Source of the DNA: a virus
DNA length: 64,000 nucleotides
Strand: one strand, 5' to 3'
IMG/VR virus record: IMGVR_UViG_3300037827_000551
Coordinates: 19,519-83,518 of that record
In this document: positions 48,242 through 58,820 of the stretch, piece after piece
How positions within the stretch are numbered: the first letter of the stretch is position 1
Layout of the letters: the number at the start of each line of letters is the position of its first letter
The notes under the pieces: model-generated
Told to the model about the DNA's origin: nothing
Databases searched by the model: none
The model's input: the letters and a program-made list of their open reading frames with translations, nothing else
Translations under genes and position numbers: made by a program

Positions 48242-49321
48242 ATGAATCGCAATGGGGCAGATCTAGTAACAGTCGAACCGACGTCAACGGAGCTGGTTCG
48301 CCGTGAGGGCATGATGGCCTTCGCGGAGATGCGTGAGATGGCGGATGAGATCGCCAAGAGCGGCTGTTTTAAAGCCGGCTACAATCCGATGACCCCCCAA
48401 CAGGTCATGGTCCTCATGATGTTGGCTCGTGCGCGGGGCTTCGCCATGATTGAGGGCGTGATGCGGTACGACATCATCGAGAACGTGCCCGCAATGAAAG
48501 CCAAGTGCCTCCTGGCGGAATTCCAGGCGGCGGGCGGCCAAATCGAATGGCTCGAAACCAATGACAAGGTTTGCCGGGCAACGTTTCGACATCCAGTGCT
48601 TCACCCGGACCCATTCTTGGTGGACTTAACCTTCGACGATTTCGAGCGCAAGGGCGTCGTCTACGGCAAGGATGGCAAGGTCAAGTCTAATTGGCATCGC
48701 TGGCCAGCGGCAATGTTGCGGGCGCGGGCTGAGTCCGAGGGAATCAACGCGATCATGCCTGGCGTGGCAATGGGAATTCCGATGGCCGATGAGATCGAGG
48801 TGATCGAATCTGAGCCCGTCCGCGACCCAGCGATAAGCCGACTCAACGAGCAGCTTCGCAGACGCCTTCCAGCTCCGCCGGTGCCCGCGATTGAGCCACC
48901 GCTTGCTGATTCTGGTCCGCCGGAATCGACTGATCCCGCAAATGAACCCAAGTCAGCCAAACCCACAAAGACCGCGCCCACCACGGAGTTCGGTCGGTTC
49001 ATTCAGGGCCAAATTGACAAGTACGAGTCCGAGCTTGCCAAACTGGCCAAGGATCACACCGAGATGGACTACTCCAAGGATCACGTTGCCTTGGAGCAGG
49101 TAGTTAACCATGTCGCTAAATCGATCGTCGGCGAGGCCAACTATGCCATGCTCCAGACCAATGGCAAGCACGACAAGAACAAGGTCCGAACCCTGATGAT
49201 CGACAAGTGGGAGTCGGACCAGGATTTCATTTCGGATGAGACCAAGGATTACCTGGAGGCCAAGCTTTCGGCTTTGCGTCCAGCCGAGGTTGGGGCGGAA
49301 TTTGATGACCCAGAGAGGTGA
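48242..49321 (+). CDS. single-strand annealing protein (RecT/Bet-like)
   Basis: A..IAKSG, II.N.P.M.A, SNW..WP.AML.ARA, P....G; near YqaJ. Confidence 0.75.
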   Translation: MNRNGADLVTVEPTSTELVRREGMMAFAEMREMADEIAKSGCFKAGYNPMTPQQVMVLMMLARARGFAMIEGVMRYDIIENVPAMKAKCLLAEFQAAGGQIEWLETNDKVCRATFRHPVLHPDPFLVDLTFDDFERKGVVYGKDGKVKSNWHRWPAAMLRARAESEGINAIMPGVAMGIPMADEIEVIESEPVRDPAISRLNEQLRRRLPAPPVPAIEPPLADSGPPESTDPANEPKSAKPTKTAPTTEFGRFIQGQIDKYESELAKLAKDHTEMDYSKDHVALEQVVNHVAKSIVGEANYAMLQTNGKHDKNKVRTLMIDKWESDQDFISDETKDYLEAKLSALRPAEVGAEFDDPER

Positions 49322-49886
49322 TCGGTGACTTCAATCACATTCGAGTTTATCGGTGAAAACTTGCCATCGGAGCACGTTCTCGCTAAGGGTTTCTGGAAAT
49401 TCGCGATCTCCGCCGATGTTTCGTACGACCCTGGAAATACCTGTGGACCTCCGGAGAATTGCTATCCGCCGGAGGGGGAGTGCAATATCACGGCGGTTGA
49501 GTTGATATGGCCCGTCGACTCGGATGATGAATCGAGGGTCCAGGCATCCCCAATCGAAGAGGCGTTCTGGAAACTCTTGCACGAGGATTCGGATCTGCTT
49601 AAAAAAGTCGAATTCGCGTTGTTCGATCGGTACGACGATGACTGTCGATTTGATGATCATGAGACAGGAGACTTTTGATGCAAAGCAGTATGAGTACAGC
49701 ACTGAAAACCAAGCAAGGCGTGATCGACCTGATGAAATCAAGCCAGAATCGCGTCGAGTGGAACGCGAACTGTCTCGCTGTCAAACTGGCCAACCAGGGC
49801 AATCCGGAATATCCACGCATGTTCGTGGAATCGGTTGTTGAGTCGAGGATTGCTGGGGCGGTGATTTCTTCGTTTGGAGACCCATC

Positions 49887-50270
49887 ATGAAGATTACCGA
49901 GATCACGGTCCACGTGGGCCGGGTGATTCCGCATCCGCTTTATAGTTACTCGAACCTCAAGCCGGGAATGAGTTTCAAGGCCACGATCTGCGAGGGAGAA
50001 GATCCCTACGTGCTGATGGCTGCCCTCCACAAGCACGCGGAACGGATGCTCGAAGGGCACTGCGAGTGGTTGAGAAAAAGTCTCGTCAATGCTGACGTGG
50101 AGTCCGAAATTACAGACCCGTCATTCCTGCCATGTGACGAGATCGAGGTTGAGTACGACGAGGACGACGCTGCCAAACGAGATGATCGAGTCTTAGGTGA
50201 GAGTTGCGTTCGGATATCACCCTACGCAAGCACCGATGATTACGAGAACGAGCATCAGGGTAAACCATGA
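49887..50270 (+). CDS. hypothetical protein
   Basis: MKITEITV..GR...HP..SYSNLKP. Confidence 0.6.
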   Translation: MKITEITVHVGRVIPHPLYSYSNLKPGMSFKATICEGEDPYVLMAALHKHAERMLEGHCEWLRKSLVNADVESEITDPSFLPCDEIEVEYDEDDAAKRDDRVLGESCVRISPYASTDDYENEHQGKP

Positions 50271-50438
50271 CCTGGCCGCACAACGCCGCTGATGACGCCG
50301 CTGAACGCCAGCGGCTCAAGCCGGGCGAGCTGGCCGAGGCTGAATTCGCGGCGTGGCTCGCTCGGGTCATTCCGCCGCCATTGGGGTGGGACGAGTATTG
50401 GGCTTGGGCGAAAACGATGACACGAGAGAGACACCTAA

Positions 50439-51461
50439 ATGCCACACGACGCTGAGAGTAACGTGGTTTGGATTGACCCCAATGAACTCCGCACGCGAGA
50501 ACCATTCACGTCACTGTTTACCGCCGACGTAGGCGTGGAGTCACGCATCTATGAGTCAATGAAAGGAGGCTACGACCCCGCTGAGCCCGTGGTGGTATGG
50601 CGACAAGAAAACGTTGTGCTTGACGGTCACACCCGAGTGGCACAGGCGATCAAACACAATATTCTGGTTGCCGTTATTTTCCGGGATGAGCCGGACGAAA
50701 ACGAAGCGATCATCTACGCTTATTGTCGTCAAATCAATAGGCGCCAGTTGTCCCATGGCGCGATACTCGTGGCGGTCAGCGCGGTGGACAAAAGGCGCGG
50801 TTCGGGAGGTGATCACAAGAGTGAAAAATCAAAAGCATCTCGGGATGCTTTTGATTCCAAGCCTCTCTATGGCCACCACAAGACCGCAAAGGAAACCGGA
50901 GACGCTCTTGGAATCAGTCAGGCTACGGTGGAGCGTTCGCGAACGATCCTTGATTATGCCGAGAAGACGGGAGATGACACCGAAATGAAGGCTGTGGCGA
51001 ATGGCAAGAGTATCACGAGTGCCGCTACGGACTCCAGGACTAAGCTTGTCCCCAAGCGGCGAGAGGCGGTAAGAAAGTATTTCGAGGCCAACCCTGATGC
51101 CACGATCAAGGTGGCATCAGTAGACCTCAAGATCGGCATGTCCACGCTTGCCAAGGACAGGGACGCTCTTGGACTGACCGATCGTCGCGGGCCAAGCATT
51201 CAAAAGCCGATCACTCCCAAGGCCCATCTTCCCTACTCGGGCCCGATCTGGAAAAACCTGATCGACGGCCACGCTATTGCAATGAAACGCATCCACGAAT
51301 ATGGCGGCATTAAATTTGTCGCACACGACTGGAAGCCCGATCGTGTCGCGAGCGCCATCGACTTTGCTGAGAGCTCCGCGAAAGACTTTGCCCGCATCGC
51401 AGATCAACTTCGGGAACTTTCCGCCGAGACGACACGCCTTTCTCCAGGAGAAGTTGCATGA
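50439..51461 (+). CDS. ParB-like N-domain protein with HTH
   Basis: P.VVW....LDGHTR, N..RRQL, GGDHKS, A...G.S..TVER. Confidence 0.75.
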   Translation: MPHDAESNVVWIDPNELRTREPFTSLFTADVGVESRIYESMKGGYDPAEPVVVWRQENVVLDGHTRVAQAIKHNILVAVIFRDEPDENEAIIYAYCRQINRRQLSHGAILVAVSAVDKRRGSGGDHKSEKSKASRDAFDSKPLYGHHKTAKETGDALGISQATVERSRTILDYAEKTGDDTEMKAVANGKSITSAATDSRTKLVPKRREAVRKYFEANPDATIKVASVDLKIGMSTLAKDRDALGLTDRRGPSIQKPITPKAHLPYSGPIWKNLIDGHAIAMKRIHEYGGIKFVAHDWKPDRVASAIDFAESSAKDFARIADQLRELSAETTRLSPGEVA

Positions 51462-52315
51462 GCTTACTTCCTTTATCTGATTTCCCCAGAAAGCCCCAGA
51501 TCACACTATCGTGGGAATTCATCACGCCTGACCGCGCGCGGGAATTGATGGAGCGAAACCTTGAGCGAAACCGGACGCTCCGCAAGTTGTGGGTGTCATC
51601 GCTCGCTGCCGCGATCAGAAGCGGAGAATTTCTGCCCACGCACCAGGGAATCGCGCTCGATGAAAATCACGATATGATCGACGGCCAACACAGGCTTCAG
51701 GCGATCATCGAAGCCGACATCGGATGCTGGCTACTCGTGGCACGGAATGTGCCTAAGAACGCGGTCGTCGCAATGGACTTGCACGCCCGGAGAGCGCCCC
51801 ATGATCAGATCAAGATCATGTCTGACAATCTTGATTTTATTCCGGACAACAAGGATGTCGCGATTGCCCGGATGATGAAAAGCGGGGGAGCGAAGAACGG
51901 GGACGCCCGGATCGACCCAGAGACTTCGTTATTGACTACGAATCAGATTCACCACTTCTTGATAAATCACTGGCAAGCAATCCGGTTCTCTCGACAGTTC
52001 TACGCCACAGCTCCTAACTCTGCACCGATCCGGGCTGCTGTCGCACGTGCGTACTACTACATGGATCGCGAGAAACTGTCTCGCTTCATGCAGGTTCTCG
52101 CGACACAATTAGCCGACAATCCCAGCGAGCACGCCGCTGTGAATTTTCGGAAGTGGTGCGACGATCTCAAAAACGCTCACATCGTCCAAGGTGGCCGAAC
52201 AAGCCGCGCCGACCTTTACATGATCACGATATCGGCGATCCATGCATTCTTCAAAGGACAGACAGGCCGTTCATTCAAAGCCGCCGAAATCGATCCATGG
52301 CCGCTCCCTGAGTGA
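51458..52315 (+). CDS. ParB-like (DGQHRL) phage protein
   Basis: ITP..A.EL...N..NR, THQGIA.D....IDGQHRL.AI. Confidence 0.75.
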   Translation: MSLLPLSDFPRKPQITLSWEFITPDRARELMERNLERNRTLRKLWVSSLAAAIRSGEFLPTHQGIALDENHDMIDGQHRLQAIIEADIGCWLLVARNVPKNAVVAMDLHARRAPHDQIKIMSDNLDFIPDNKDVAIARMMKSGGAKNGDARIDPETSLLTTNQIHHFLINHWQAIRFSRQFYATAPNSAPIRAAVARAYYYMDREKLSRFMQVLATQLADNPSEHAAVNFRKWCDDLKNAHIVQGGRTSRADLYMITISAIHAFFKGQTGRSFKAAEIDPWPLPE

Positions 52316-52741
52316 CCTGGATGATAAATAACCAAAGGAGACAAATCATGAGCGACGGCGAATTACTGGTGAAATTGCAGCGAATGGAAAAAGACGAGCG
52401 GTGTGGAAATCAGGTCATGGATCGTGAGACTATTGGCGAGGCCAAACGACGCCTCTCTGAAGTGCTCCATGAGTTGGCCAGCGTTCGGCGAAAGGGAATT
52501 CCGATTTGGGGGCGGTGCATGTGAGCGACGTGGGCCGAAATCCATTTCTAGCCGCCGAAATGATCCGGTGTCCCAAATGCGGATCGATAGAGGCCGCTGC
52601 GAATTTCAAGGTTGTCGCGGCTCCCCTTTACAGTGATATCCGAACCGGGATAGCGAAGTGTCCCAAGTGCAATTACTGGGCCGAGGTGTCGTGGGTCATG
52701 CAACAGCTTTACACGAGTCCGCCGATGGAGGAGGAGGTGAC

Positions 52742-53104
52742 GTGAACAGGAAGCAGCAAAAGAAACAAGAGGATGCCTATTATCGTCACATAGGCATTCG
52801 GATTCGGTCGCTGCGAAAGCAGCTAAATTTAAATCAGGACAATCTTTCCAGGGCTTGCGGCTTGAGCCGAACCTCGATCACCAATATGGAGTGTGGACGG
52901 CAACGGATGACCGTACACTCGATTTTCAGGCTAGCGAAAGCCCTTGGAGTATCCGCGATCTACTTGATCGACGGGGCTGATTCGGTTGACTATGATCCAA
53001 TGCGAGAGGCTGACACAAAAGAGATAATTCGACTCAAGGAAGAGAACCGGAAATTACATATGTGGGCAGACCACATTCGGAAATCAGTGGAGTACCAGCC
53101 ATGA
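52742..53104 (+). CDS. XRE-family HTH regulator
   Basis: IG.RIR.LRK...L.Q..L....GLSRTSI.N.E.G.Q. Confidence 0.85.
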   Translation: MNRKQQKKQEDAYYRHIGIRIRSLRKQLNLNQDNLSRACGLSRTSITNMECGRQRMTVHSIFRLAKALGVSAIYLIDGADSVDYDPMREADTKEIIRLKEENRKLHMWADHIRKSVEYQP

Positions 53105-53445
53105 AACTGATCATCGCGGGAAGCCGGAGTCGACAGTTGACCATGACCCAAATTCTGAAACTCAACGCCCTATACGCGGATTTCAATGTCACTGAAGTGA
53201 TTTCCGGCGGAGCGAAGGGTGTCGATGAATGCGGCGAGAAATGGGCTCGTGCTCATCGGATTCCCGTCACGCAGTTCAAACCGGACTGTGAAGCCTTTGG
53301 AAAACGTGCGGGGCCGCTGCGAAACGAGGTGATGGCCCGCTATGCCGACGCTGTGGTTTTGTTTCCTGGTGGTCTCGGGACTGAATCGATGTTCGTGGAA
53401 GCGACCAAGGCCGGGATTCAGATTTTTGATTGGAGAGACGAATGA
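53101..53445 (+). CDS. SLOG / YspA-like (DUF2493) protein
   Basis: LIIAGSR, VISGGAKGVD, AGPLRN..M, FPGG.GT..M. Confidence 0.85.
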   Translation: MKLIIAGSRSRQLTMTQILKLNALYADFNVTEVISGGAKGVDECGEKWARAHRIPVTQFKPDCEAFGKRAGPLRNEVMARYADAVVLFPGGLGTESMFVEATKAGIQIFDWRDE

Positions 53446-54531
53446 GTAAGTTTACAGAAATCGCAAAGCGTTTCGCCAGGATCGCCGAGAAATACCAGTC
53501 GGCGAAAGAGGCGACCAAGGAAGCCGAATCCGAATGTAATGACACCTCCGAATGGGTTGACGCATTTGAAAACGAGGAGCGGATCGGCGAGAAGTTCAAT
53601 CAAGCTTTGGCCGAATTTATTGAAGCGGCGGGAGGATTCGATGACTGAATCGGAAATCATGCCATGCGAGCATGATGGATGCGTTCGGGTTGGCAATCCT
53701 TGCTACACGAATGCGTGTGACATAGACGGCGAAGGCCCGAATGGTTACTGGTGCCCCGAGCATTCCCAAGAAGCCGGGTTCTGCTATTTATGCGGATTGT
53801 TCTGGGGTGGCATCGAATCATTTGAATTTGGAAATGGGTTGTGCGACAACTGCCGGGATTCTGGCGATTACGACGATTGCAGTTATTTTGATGAGGTGGA
53901 ACTATGACTGACGCGGAAGAGTTATGGTTTCTCACGGCCGCTCGCAGGGACCCCGATGGTCCAGAGTCGGCAATGCTAGCCAAGATGGCGGACCTGCGAC
54001 TATTGGCCACTTTGGCTATCTACGTGATCCAGAACGAGGGATTAGACCCGGTCATAGCTTTGACGCAAACCGCCGAGAATTTTCGGTTCGGGATAAACCA
54101 AGACATGCTTGAGGAGATCGAATTTCTGGTCAAGGCGACACGAGAGATGTTTGAGGCGAAAACGAAGGGAGGCCGAGATGAGCGAAACTGAGACCAAGAT
54201 TGATTGGATTCAAAGCGACCACGGCGACCTGATCGCAGTTCGCAATACAGATCGGCGATTGACCAGGGTGATGTACCGGGTTGTCTACCGGGAATTCAGC
54301 GGCCAGAGGTGGCAACCATTTATTGGGAAAATCATGGGCGACCCAGGGACGCTCTGGGAATGCCTTGAGGTTTGCGAGAGACATGAGAATGGGGTGGCGC
54401 GATGAGCGACTTCTTCATGTCAGTTACCGTCGGGCTTTTGGTGTCCATTTCGTGGGGAATCATGACGATCAATATCACTCTTGATGGGATTTTGGATGAG
54501 ATGCGCAAGAGGAAGTTGTGAGGAAATTGAG

Positions 54532-54560
54532 TTGACTAACAGTACGCACGGAGTTAGTAT
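54532..54560 (+). promoter_or_regulatory. sigma70-like promoter
   Basis: TTGACT-N17-TAGTAT, 8 nt before the ATG (possibly leaderless). Confidence 0.6.
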
Positions 54561-54568
54561 CTAAACCC

Positions 54569-54760
54569 ATGCAAACAGCAAATCCCCCCAAAAGACGACA
54601 GAAGCGAGTCCTCTCCGTCAAGGCTACTCCTGAGTGGCACGACTGGCTCGATGGACTTGCAGGTCATGCTGGACGCGACAAGTCCACCACAATCGAGGAT
54701 GCCGTGCGAGAGCACGCAGTGAGACTTGGATATGACCGAAGACCCCCCCGGCGCGTCTGA
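54569..54760 (+). CDS. ribbon-helix-helix protein
   Basis: VLSVKATPEW..WL..LA......S..IE.AV. Confidence 0.65.
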   Translation: MQTANPPKRRQKRVLSVKATPEWHDWLDGLAGHAGRDKSTTIEDAVREHAVRLGYDRRPPRRV

Positions 54761-54773
54761 TGGGGTCAATTTA

Positions 54774-54914
54774 ATGAAGTGGTTTCGGTTTTACAACGAG
54801 GTTTACCGCAACGACAAGGTGCAGTCCCTGCGCCCGGAACTCTTCCGGTTTTGGGTCAACCTGTGTCGTGATTGTCACGACCTATTCCACAAACATGGCA
54901 GACTTGCAAAATAG
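54774..54914 (+). pseudogene. remnant: replication-initiator N-terminus fused to an HNH-like tail
   Basis: MKWFRFYNEV...KVQSL...WVNL + CRDCH...H. Confidence 0.55.
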
Positions 54915-54916
54915 TC

Positions 54917-55406
54917 AAGTCACGGCATTGTCACGGCACTGTCACGAAAATGTCACGTGACATGTCACGTGGAAAGTCACAAGGGTAGTCACGTGCATAA
55001 GCCTTGGCTCAAATTATGGTCGACAACGCTCGACAACGAGAAAATTCAATCGCTAAACGGCGACCAAGTCAAGGTGTGGCTCAACCTCTTGCTAGTGTCG
55101 TTGCGGTTCGATCGGGACGGCCTATTGCCACCACTTTCGACCATCGCGTTCCAGTCCAGGACGACCATCGAAGAGGCTCAAAATATGATCGACAAACTTG
55201 TTGACAAGGGCCTGATCGAAAAACGCCTAAGTGGTTACGTGGTACACGATTGGAAACACTGGCAAGGCGACGGAATGAGCGACGCGGAACGCCAGCGAAG
55301 GAAGCGGAAAAGGGACCGCCAGAACCCCGGAAAATGTCACGTGACAGGTAACGTAACGGGCAACGTAACTGGTAACGTAACTGGTAACGTAACAAGTCAC
55401 ACGCCT
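54917..55406. repeat. GTCAC/GTAAC iteron clusters (54917-54995 and 55331-55406), putative origin
   Basis: ~12-bp periodic GTCACG and GTAACGTAAC repeats. Confidence 0.8.
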
Positions 55407-55913
55407 GTCACGCACATGTCACGTAATCGCGCGCCCGAAGATTCAGATTCAGAGAAAGAGAAAGAAAATACCCCCCATAAGCCCCCCAAGGGGCATGTTG
55501 TCGCGTTCGTTCTTCCGGACTGGATACCCCCGACGGACTGGGCTGACTACCTGGCCATGCGGCAACGAATCCGGAAGCCAGCCACCCCGCGAGCCAAGGA
55601 GCTCGCCGTGAAGACCCTGGAGCAACTCCGCTCCGAGGGCCACTCCCCGGCGGATGTCCTCCAGCAATCGATCCTGAAGTCCTACCAGGGGCTTTTCCCT
55701 GTCACGCCGAACGGCAACGGCTTCCACCGTCCGGATAGCAAGCCGGCGCAGCCACCGACTAACACGCTTCGACCGAGCCAGGCGGCTTGCGATGCCGCGA
55801 TAGCACCCGCGCTCGAACTGAGACGCCAACTCGACGAAAGGAAAGCTCATGCCGCCGAACAACGCAAACTCGCCGACACCGCCAATGGGGGCTCTCCAGC
55901 AAGCCAAAACTGA
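54957..55913 (+). CDS. replication initiator (replisome-organiser / O-like)
   Basis: W.KL....D.KI..L...WL.LL; V..W..WQ...AERQRR.R; LPDWIP..W..Y..MR....KP.T; internal iterons. Confidence 0.8.
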   Translation: MTCHVESHKGSHVHKPWLKLWSTTLDNEKIQSLNGDQVKVWLNLLLVSLRFDRDGLLPPLSTIAFQSRTTIEEAQNMIDKLVDKGLIEKRLSGYVVHDWKHWQGDGMSDAERQRRKRKRDRQNPGKCHVTGNVTGNVTGNVTGNVTSHTPVTHMSRNRAPEDSDSEKEKENTPHKPPKGHVVAFVLPDWIPPTDWADYLAMRQRIRKPATPRAKELAVKTLEQLRSEGHSPADVLQQSILKSYQGLFPVTPNGNGFHRPDSKPAQPPTNTLRPSQAACDAAIAPALELRRQLDERKAHAAEQRKLADTANGGSPASQN

Positions 55914-55917
55914 GAGC

Positions 55918-56361
55918 ATGAACTGTCCGTTCTGTGGTGGCGAGGGGATGGTCACGATTTTCCACCGGGACTATGAGGGAATTCCCTCGGTTTTGGTCGA
56001 AACGGCCGATGGATTTCGCAAGTCGAAGGTTCTGAGAGCGACGGCCTACTGCGCTTGCACGGCGGGTCAAACCATCTCCGTGAATCACCAGCACACAGCC
56101 AAGGATGTTTACGACCGGACACCAAGCCTCCGCATTCTAATGGGCAATCCAGGCTCTCTGTGGTCGTCTGACGACCCTTCCACGCCCAAGTCCATCCAAC
56201 AGACGGACTGGGGCGATCAACGCCACCAGGTGGCATCCTTGCCCCTCACACAGAATCGCCCAGAATCGCCAACCCGCGCATCCATTTTCGGTGCCGGTCC
56301 CCGCGCCAAGCCGCCGGCGCCCCACGTTGTACCGACGACTGACGACGAACCCGCGTTTTGA
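55918..56361 (+). CDS. hypothetical Zn-binding protein (helicase-loader position)
   Basis: CPFC.G.G...CAC..G. Confidence 0.55.
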   Translation: MNCPFCGGEGMVTIFHRDYEGIPSVLVETADGFRKSKVLRATAYCACTAGQTISVNHQHTAKDVYDRTPSLRILMGNPGSLWSSDDPSTPKSIQQTDWGDQRHQVASLPLTQNRPESPTRASIFGAGPRAKPPAPHVVPTTDDEPAF

Positions 56362-56426
56362 ATGGTGGAGGTCGTTCCCCCGCCGGTGCAGGACCTGGTG
56401 GCCAAGTGGATGAGGAGAAAGGCGAA

Positions 56427-56951
56427 GTGAGTGATATCCAATTCTATCGGGCGAATGAAAAGCCGTACGGGTGTTTCTCTAATCTCCGTTGCGCCACATT
56501 CGTTTTTGATGGACTGGTTTTTCCAACCGCCGAGCATGCGTATCAATTCGGAAAGCCTCGGAAGCCAGAGGTGCGAGAATGGCTTATGGCGGCGCCCAGT
56601 CCTTCGTTGCTGGCAATGGCAGCCCATGGGCTTTACGCCTGGGATATCTCGCCCGGATGGTCGCAAGGTCGACGGGACAGGATGCGGCGCGTCGTCGAAT
56701 CCAAATTTCGACAGTGCCACGACTATGCCAATATCTTGTTGTCGACCAGCGACTCGCGAATTGTTGAGTGCGCGACGGTCGATAATGAAGTCAATCGGCG
56801 CTGGGGTGAAGTGAACGGAAAGGGCCAGAACTGGCTTGGCCTGATCTTGATGGAGGTTCGCGATTCGCTGCGCGCCGATCCACCCCCGCGAGACTTGGTG
56901 GTCAAGTTGTTCCCTGGACATTACCAGCTCACGGAGGGCGCAATCCCATGA
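56427..56951 (+). CDS. NADAR (YbiA-like) family hydrolase
   Basis: FY....YGCFSN, FPT.EH.YQ..K, KF.Q, LLST, WG....G.N.LG..LM.VR. Confidence 0.9.
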   Translation: MSDIQFYRANEKPYGCFSNLRCATFVFDGLVFPTAEHAYQFGKPRKPEVREWLMAAPSPSLLAMAAHGLYAWDISPGWSQGRRDRMRRVVESKFRQCHDYANILLSTSDSRIVECATVDNEVNRRWGEVNGKGQNWLGLILMEVRDSLRADPPPRDLVVKLFPGHYQLTEGAIP

Positions 56952-57217
56952 GTGTCTACGTTGATGACATGCGAGCGCCGTACGGCCGAATGATCATGTG
57001 TCACATGGGCGCCGACACAGCCGAAGAGTTGCACGCGATGGCCGACGCGATCGGCGTTTCCAGGCGATGGTATCAGGATAAACATTACGACATATGCATG
57101 GCTAAGCGCGCAAAGGCAGTCGAGTTGGGTGCGATTGAAACGACCCGGATGAAGCTTGGTCGCATGATCGTCAAACAGCGAACCGGCGTGGACATCGGAG
57201 AGGAGTCTATCCCATGA
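56948..57217 (+). CDS. DUF4031 protein
   Basis: VYVDD.....GRM.MCHM.AD..EELH.MA..IG....W.Q..HYD. Confidence 0.85.
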   Translation: MSVYVDDMRAPYGRMIMCHMGADTAEELHAMADAIGVSRRWYQDKHYDICMAKRAKAVELGAIETTRMKLGRMIVKQRTGVDIGEESIP

Positions 57218-57389
57218 GTAAGCACGTCGAGTGGTATCAGCCTGGCTACTGGCAACAACAGATCCGCCTGGCCCTTGCGGACATCAGCGTCAGATGCCCC
57301 TGGTGTGATGGCAACGGGTGCGACATGTGCGGCCAGTCCGGTCTTGTCTCGCCGCAGTTGGCCGCGAAACACAAGGAGGGCGCCATCCC

Positions 57390-57914
57390 ATGACCATCAC
57401 GGCAATTGTCGCCATGGACTACAACGGTCTGATCGGCTCGGGCGGCAAGCTTCCATGGCACATCCCAGACGACTTGAGGCGGTTCAAGGATTACACGATC
57501 GGCAAACCGTGCCTGATGGGACGGAGGACGTGGGAATCGCTTGGCGGAAAGCCTTTGCTTGGGCGAAAGAATATCGTGATCAGTCGCACTCTTTCACCAG
57601 GGTTTCAAGATGCCGGCGGATTTCACCCATTCTCGGTGTACTGGTCTCCGGTAACCGCGATCATACACCTAGATGCTGTTGGAACACCCGAGCTTTGCAT
57701 CATCGGCGGTGGCGAGGTTTACCGGTCGACATCGGATTTATGGGACAAGGTGATCGCCACGTGGGTTCACGGGGATTACCAGGGCGACACGTGGTTTCCC
57801 CACGAAGAACTCTTGGCGGATGAATGGCAAATTGTGGGAGATTCGATCCGAGTCATAAAGACATCCGTAAGCTGCACGACTGTTACTTATGAGCGCAGGA
57901 GGCCCATCCCATGA
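57390..57914 (+). CDS. dihydrofolate reductase
   Basis: IVAM..NG.IG..G.LPWH.P.DL..FK..T.GKP..MGR.TWES, PL.GR.NIV, IIGG, GDT.FP. Confidence 0.92.
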   Translation: MTITAIVAMDYNGLIGSGGKLPWHIPDDLRRFKDYTIGKPCLMGRRTWESLGGKPLLGRKNIVISRTLSPGFQDAGGFHPFSVYWSPVTAIIHLDAVGTPELCIIGGGEVYRSTSDLWDKVIATWVHGDYQGDTWFPHEELLADEWQIVGDSIRVIKTSVSCTTVTYERRRPIP

Positions 57915-58039
57915 CCCCCCGCCAAGCCGCCGCGCAACTGGGCGTATCAGTCACCAAGGTTCGCGAGTTGTACAGAGACCGGCGCATCGGACACTACCGT
58001 GTGTCAGTCTTGTACGGCCGCAAGCGTGACGAATCGTGA
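57911..58039 (+). CDS. small excisionase-like HTH (possibly truncated)
   Basis: MTPRQAAAQLGVS...V..L.......YRV. Confidence 0.55.
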   Translation: MTPRQAAAQLGVSVTKVRELYRDRRIGHYRVSVLYGRKRDES

Positions 58040-58085
58040 CAGGAGTGCCAAAACGCCAATCTCAAAATAATTCCTGACATGCCTA

Positions 58086-58114
58086 TTGACTGGACATGTC
58101 CTCGGCGGTATTAT
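58086..58114 (+). promoter_or_regulatory. sigma70-like promoter
   Basis: TTGACT-N17-TATTAT with palindrome GGACATGTCC in the spacer. Confidence 0.7.
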
Positions 58115-58381
58115 CAGGGTGTTGGATGTGAGTGAGACCCCGAACCGCGAACGGAGACATGAGATGACGACCTGCGGCAACTGCGAACGGGAGATTAACG
58201 GAGAGACGTACGACGCGACCCAGGAGATCGCCCAGGAGCGTCTCGACGCCGCCAAGGAAGCCGCCCAGGCGGTGTTCGACGCGATCCTGGGCGCCAACGA
58301 CGTCGACGTCATCCAGCGGATGACCGACGCCTTGAGGCGTCTCACGAAGTGACGACGCCCGAATCACGAACGGAGACCGAG

Positions 58382-58630
58382 ATGACTGAAACCGAACGCC
58401 AAGCCCTGGTCGCTCTGCGACGATCCATGCAGCGAGACATGTTTACTTTGAACGGGCGAATCGATGCTCTCCGAGAAAGCATCCTTTCCACCCATGCCGG
58501 AAAGAGTGATCCTGACATCGTGTTGGATAGCCCAGAACTAACCGCTCTGCTCGCCGAACGCCGCGCTCTGATGGATGCAATGCCGAAAGCGTCAGAACTC
58601 GGCTTGGTAATCGGAGCACCCAATGCCTGA
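58382..58630 (+). CDS. hypothetical protein
   Basis: leader CACGAACGGAGACCGAG-ATG. Confidence 0.6.
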   Translation: MTETERQALVALRRSMQRDMFTLNGRIDALRESILSTHAGKSDPDIVLDSPELTALLAERRALMDAMPKASELGLVIGAPNA

Positions 58631-58820
58631 AACCAAGCCCAAGCGCGTCCGCCCCCGGCCGTGCTATCTCCAGGTTGAGTTGACACGTGATGAGTCAAAC
58701 TGCCTGGACGCCATCGTGACTGGGTGGGAAGCGAGTGGTGGACTGAGGTGGAATCGCGCCGCTGTGGTGCGCGAGTTGATCATTCAGGCGAAGAGAGCGC
58801 TGAAAGCGCCGAGAGGGTGA
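58623..58820 (+). CDS. RHH-like small protein
   Basis: LQVELT.DE...LD.......NRAAVVRELI. Confidence 0.5.
   Translation: MPETKPKRVRPRPCYLQVELTRDESNCLDAIVTGWEASGGLRWNRAAVVRELIIQAKRALKAPRG

Noticed and set aside
50439-52315. ParABS partition system
   Set aside because: No ParA ATPase or parS array seen; ParB-like N-domains are common in phage early regions
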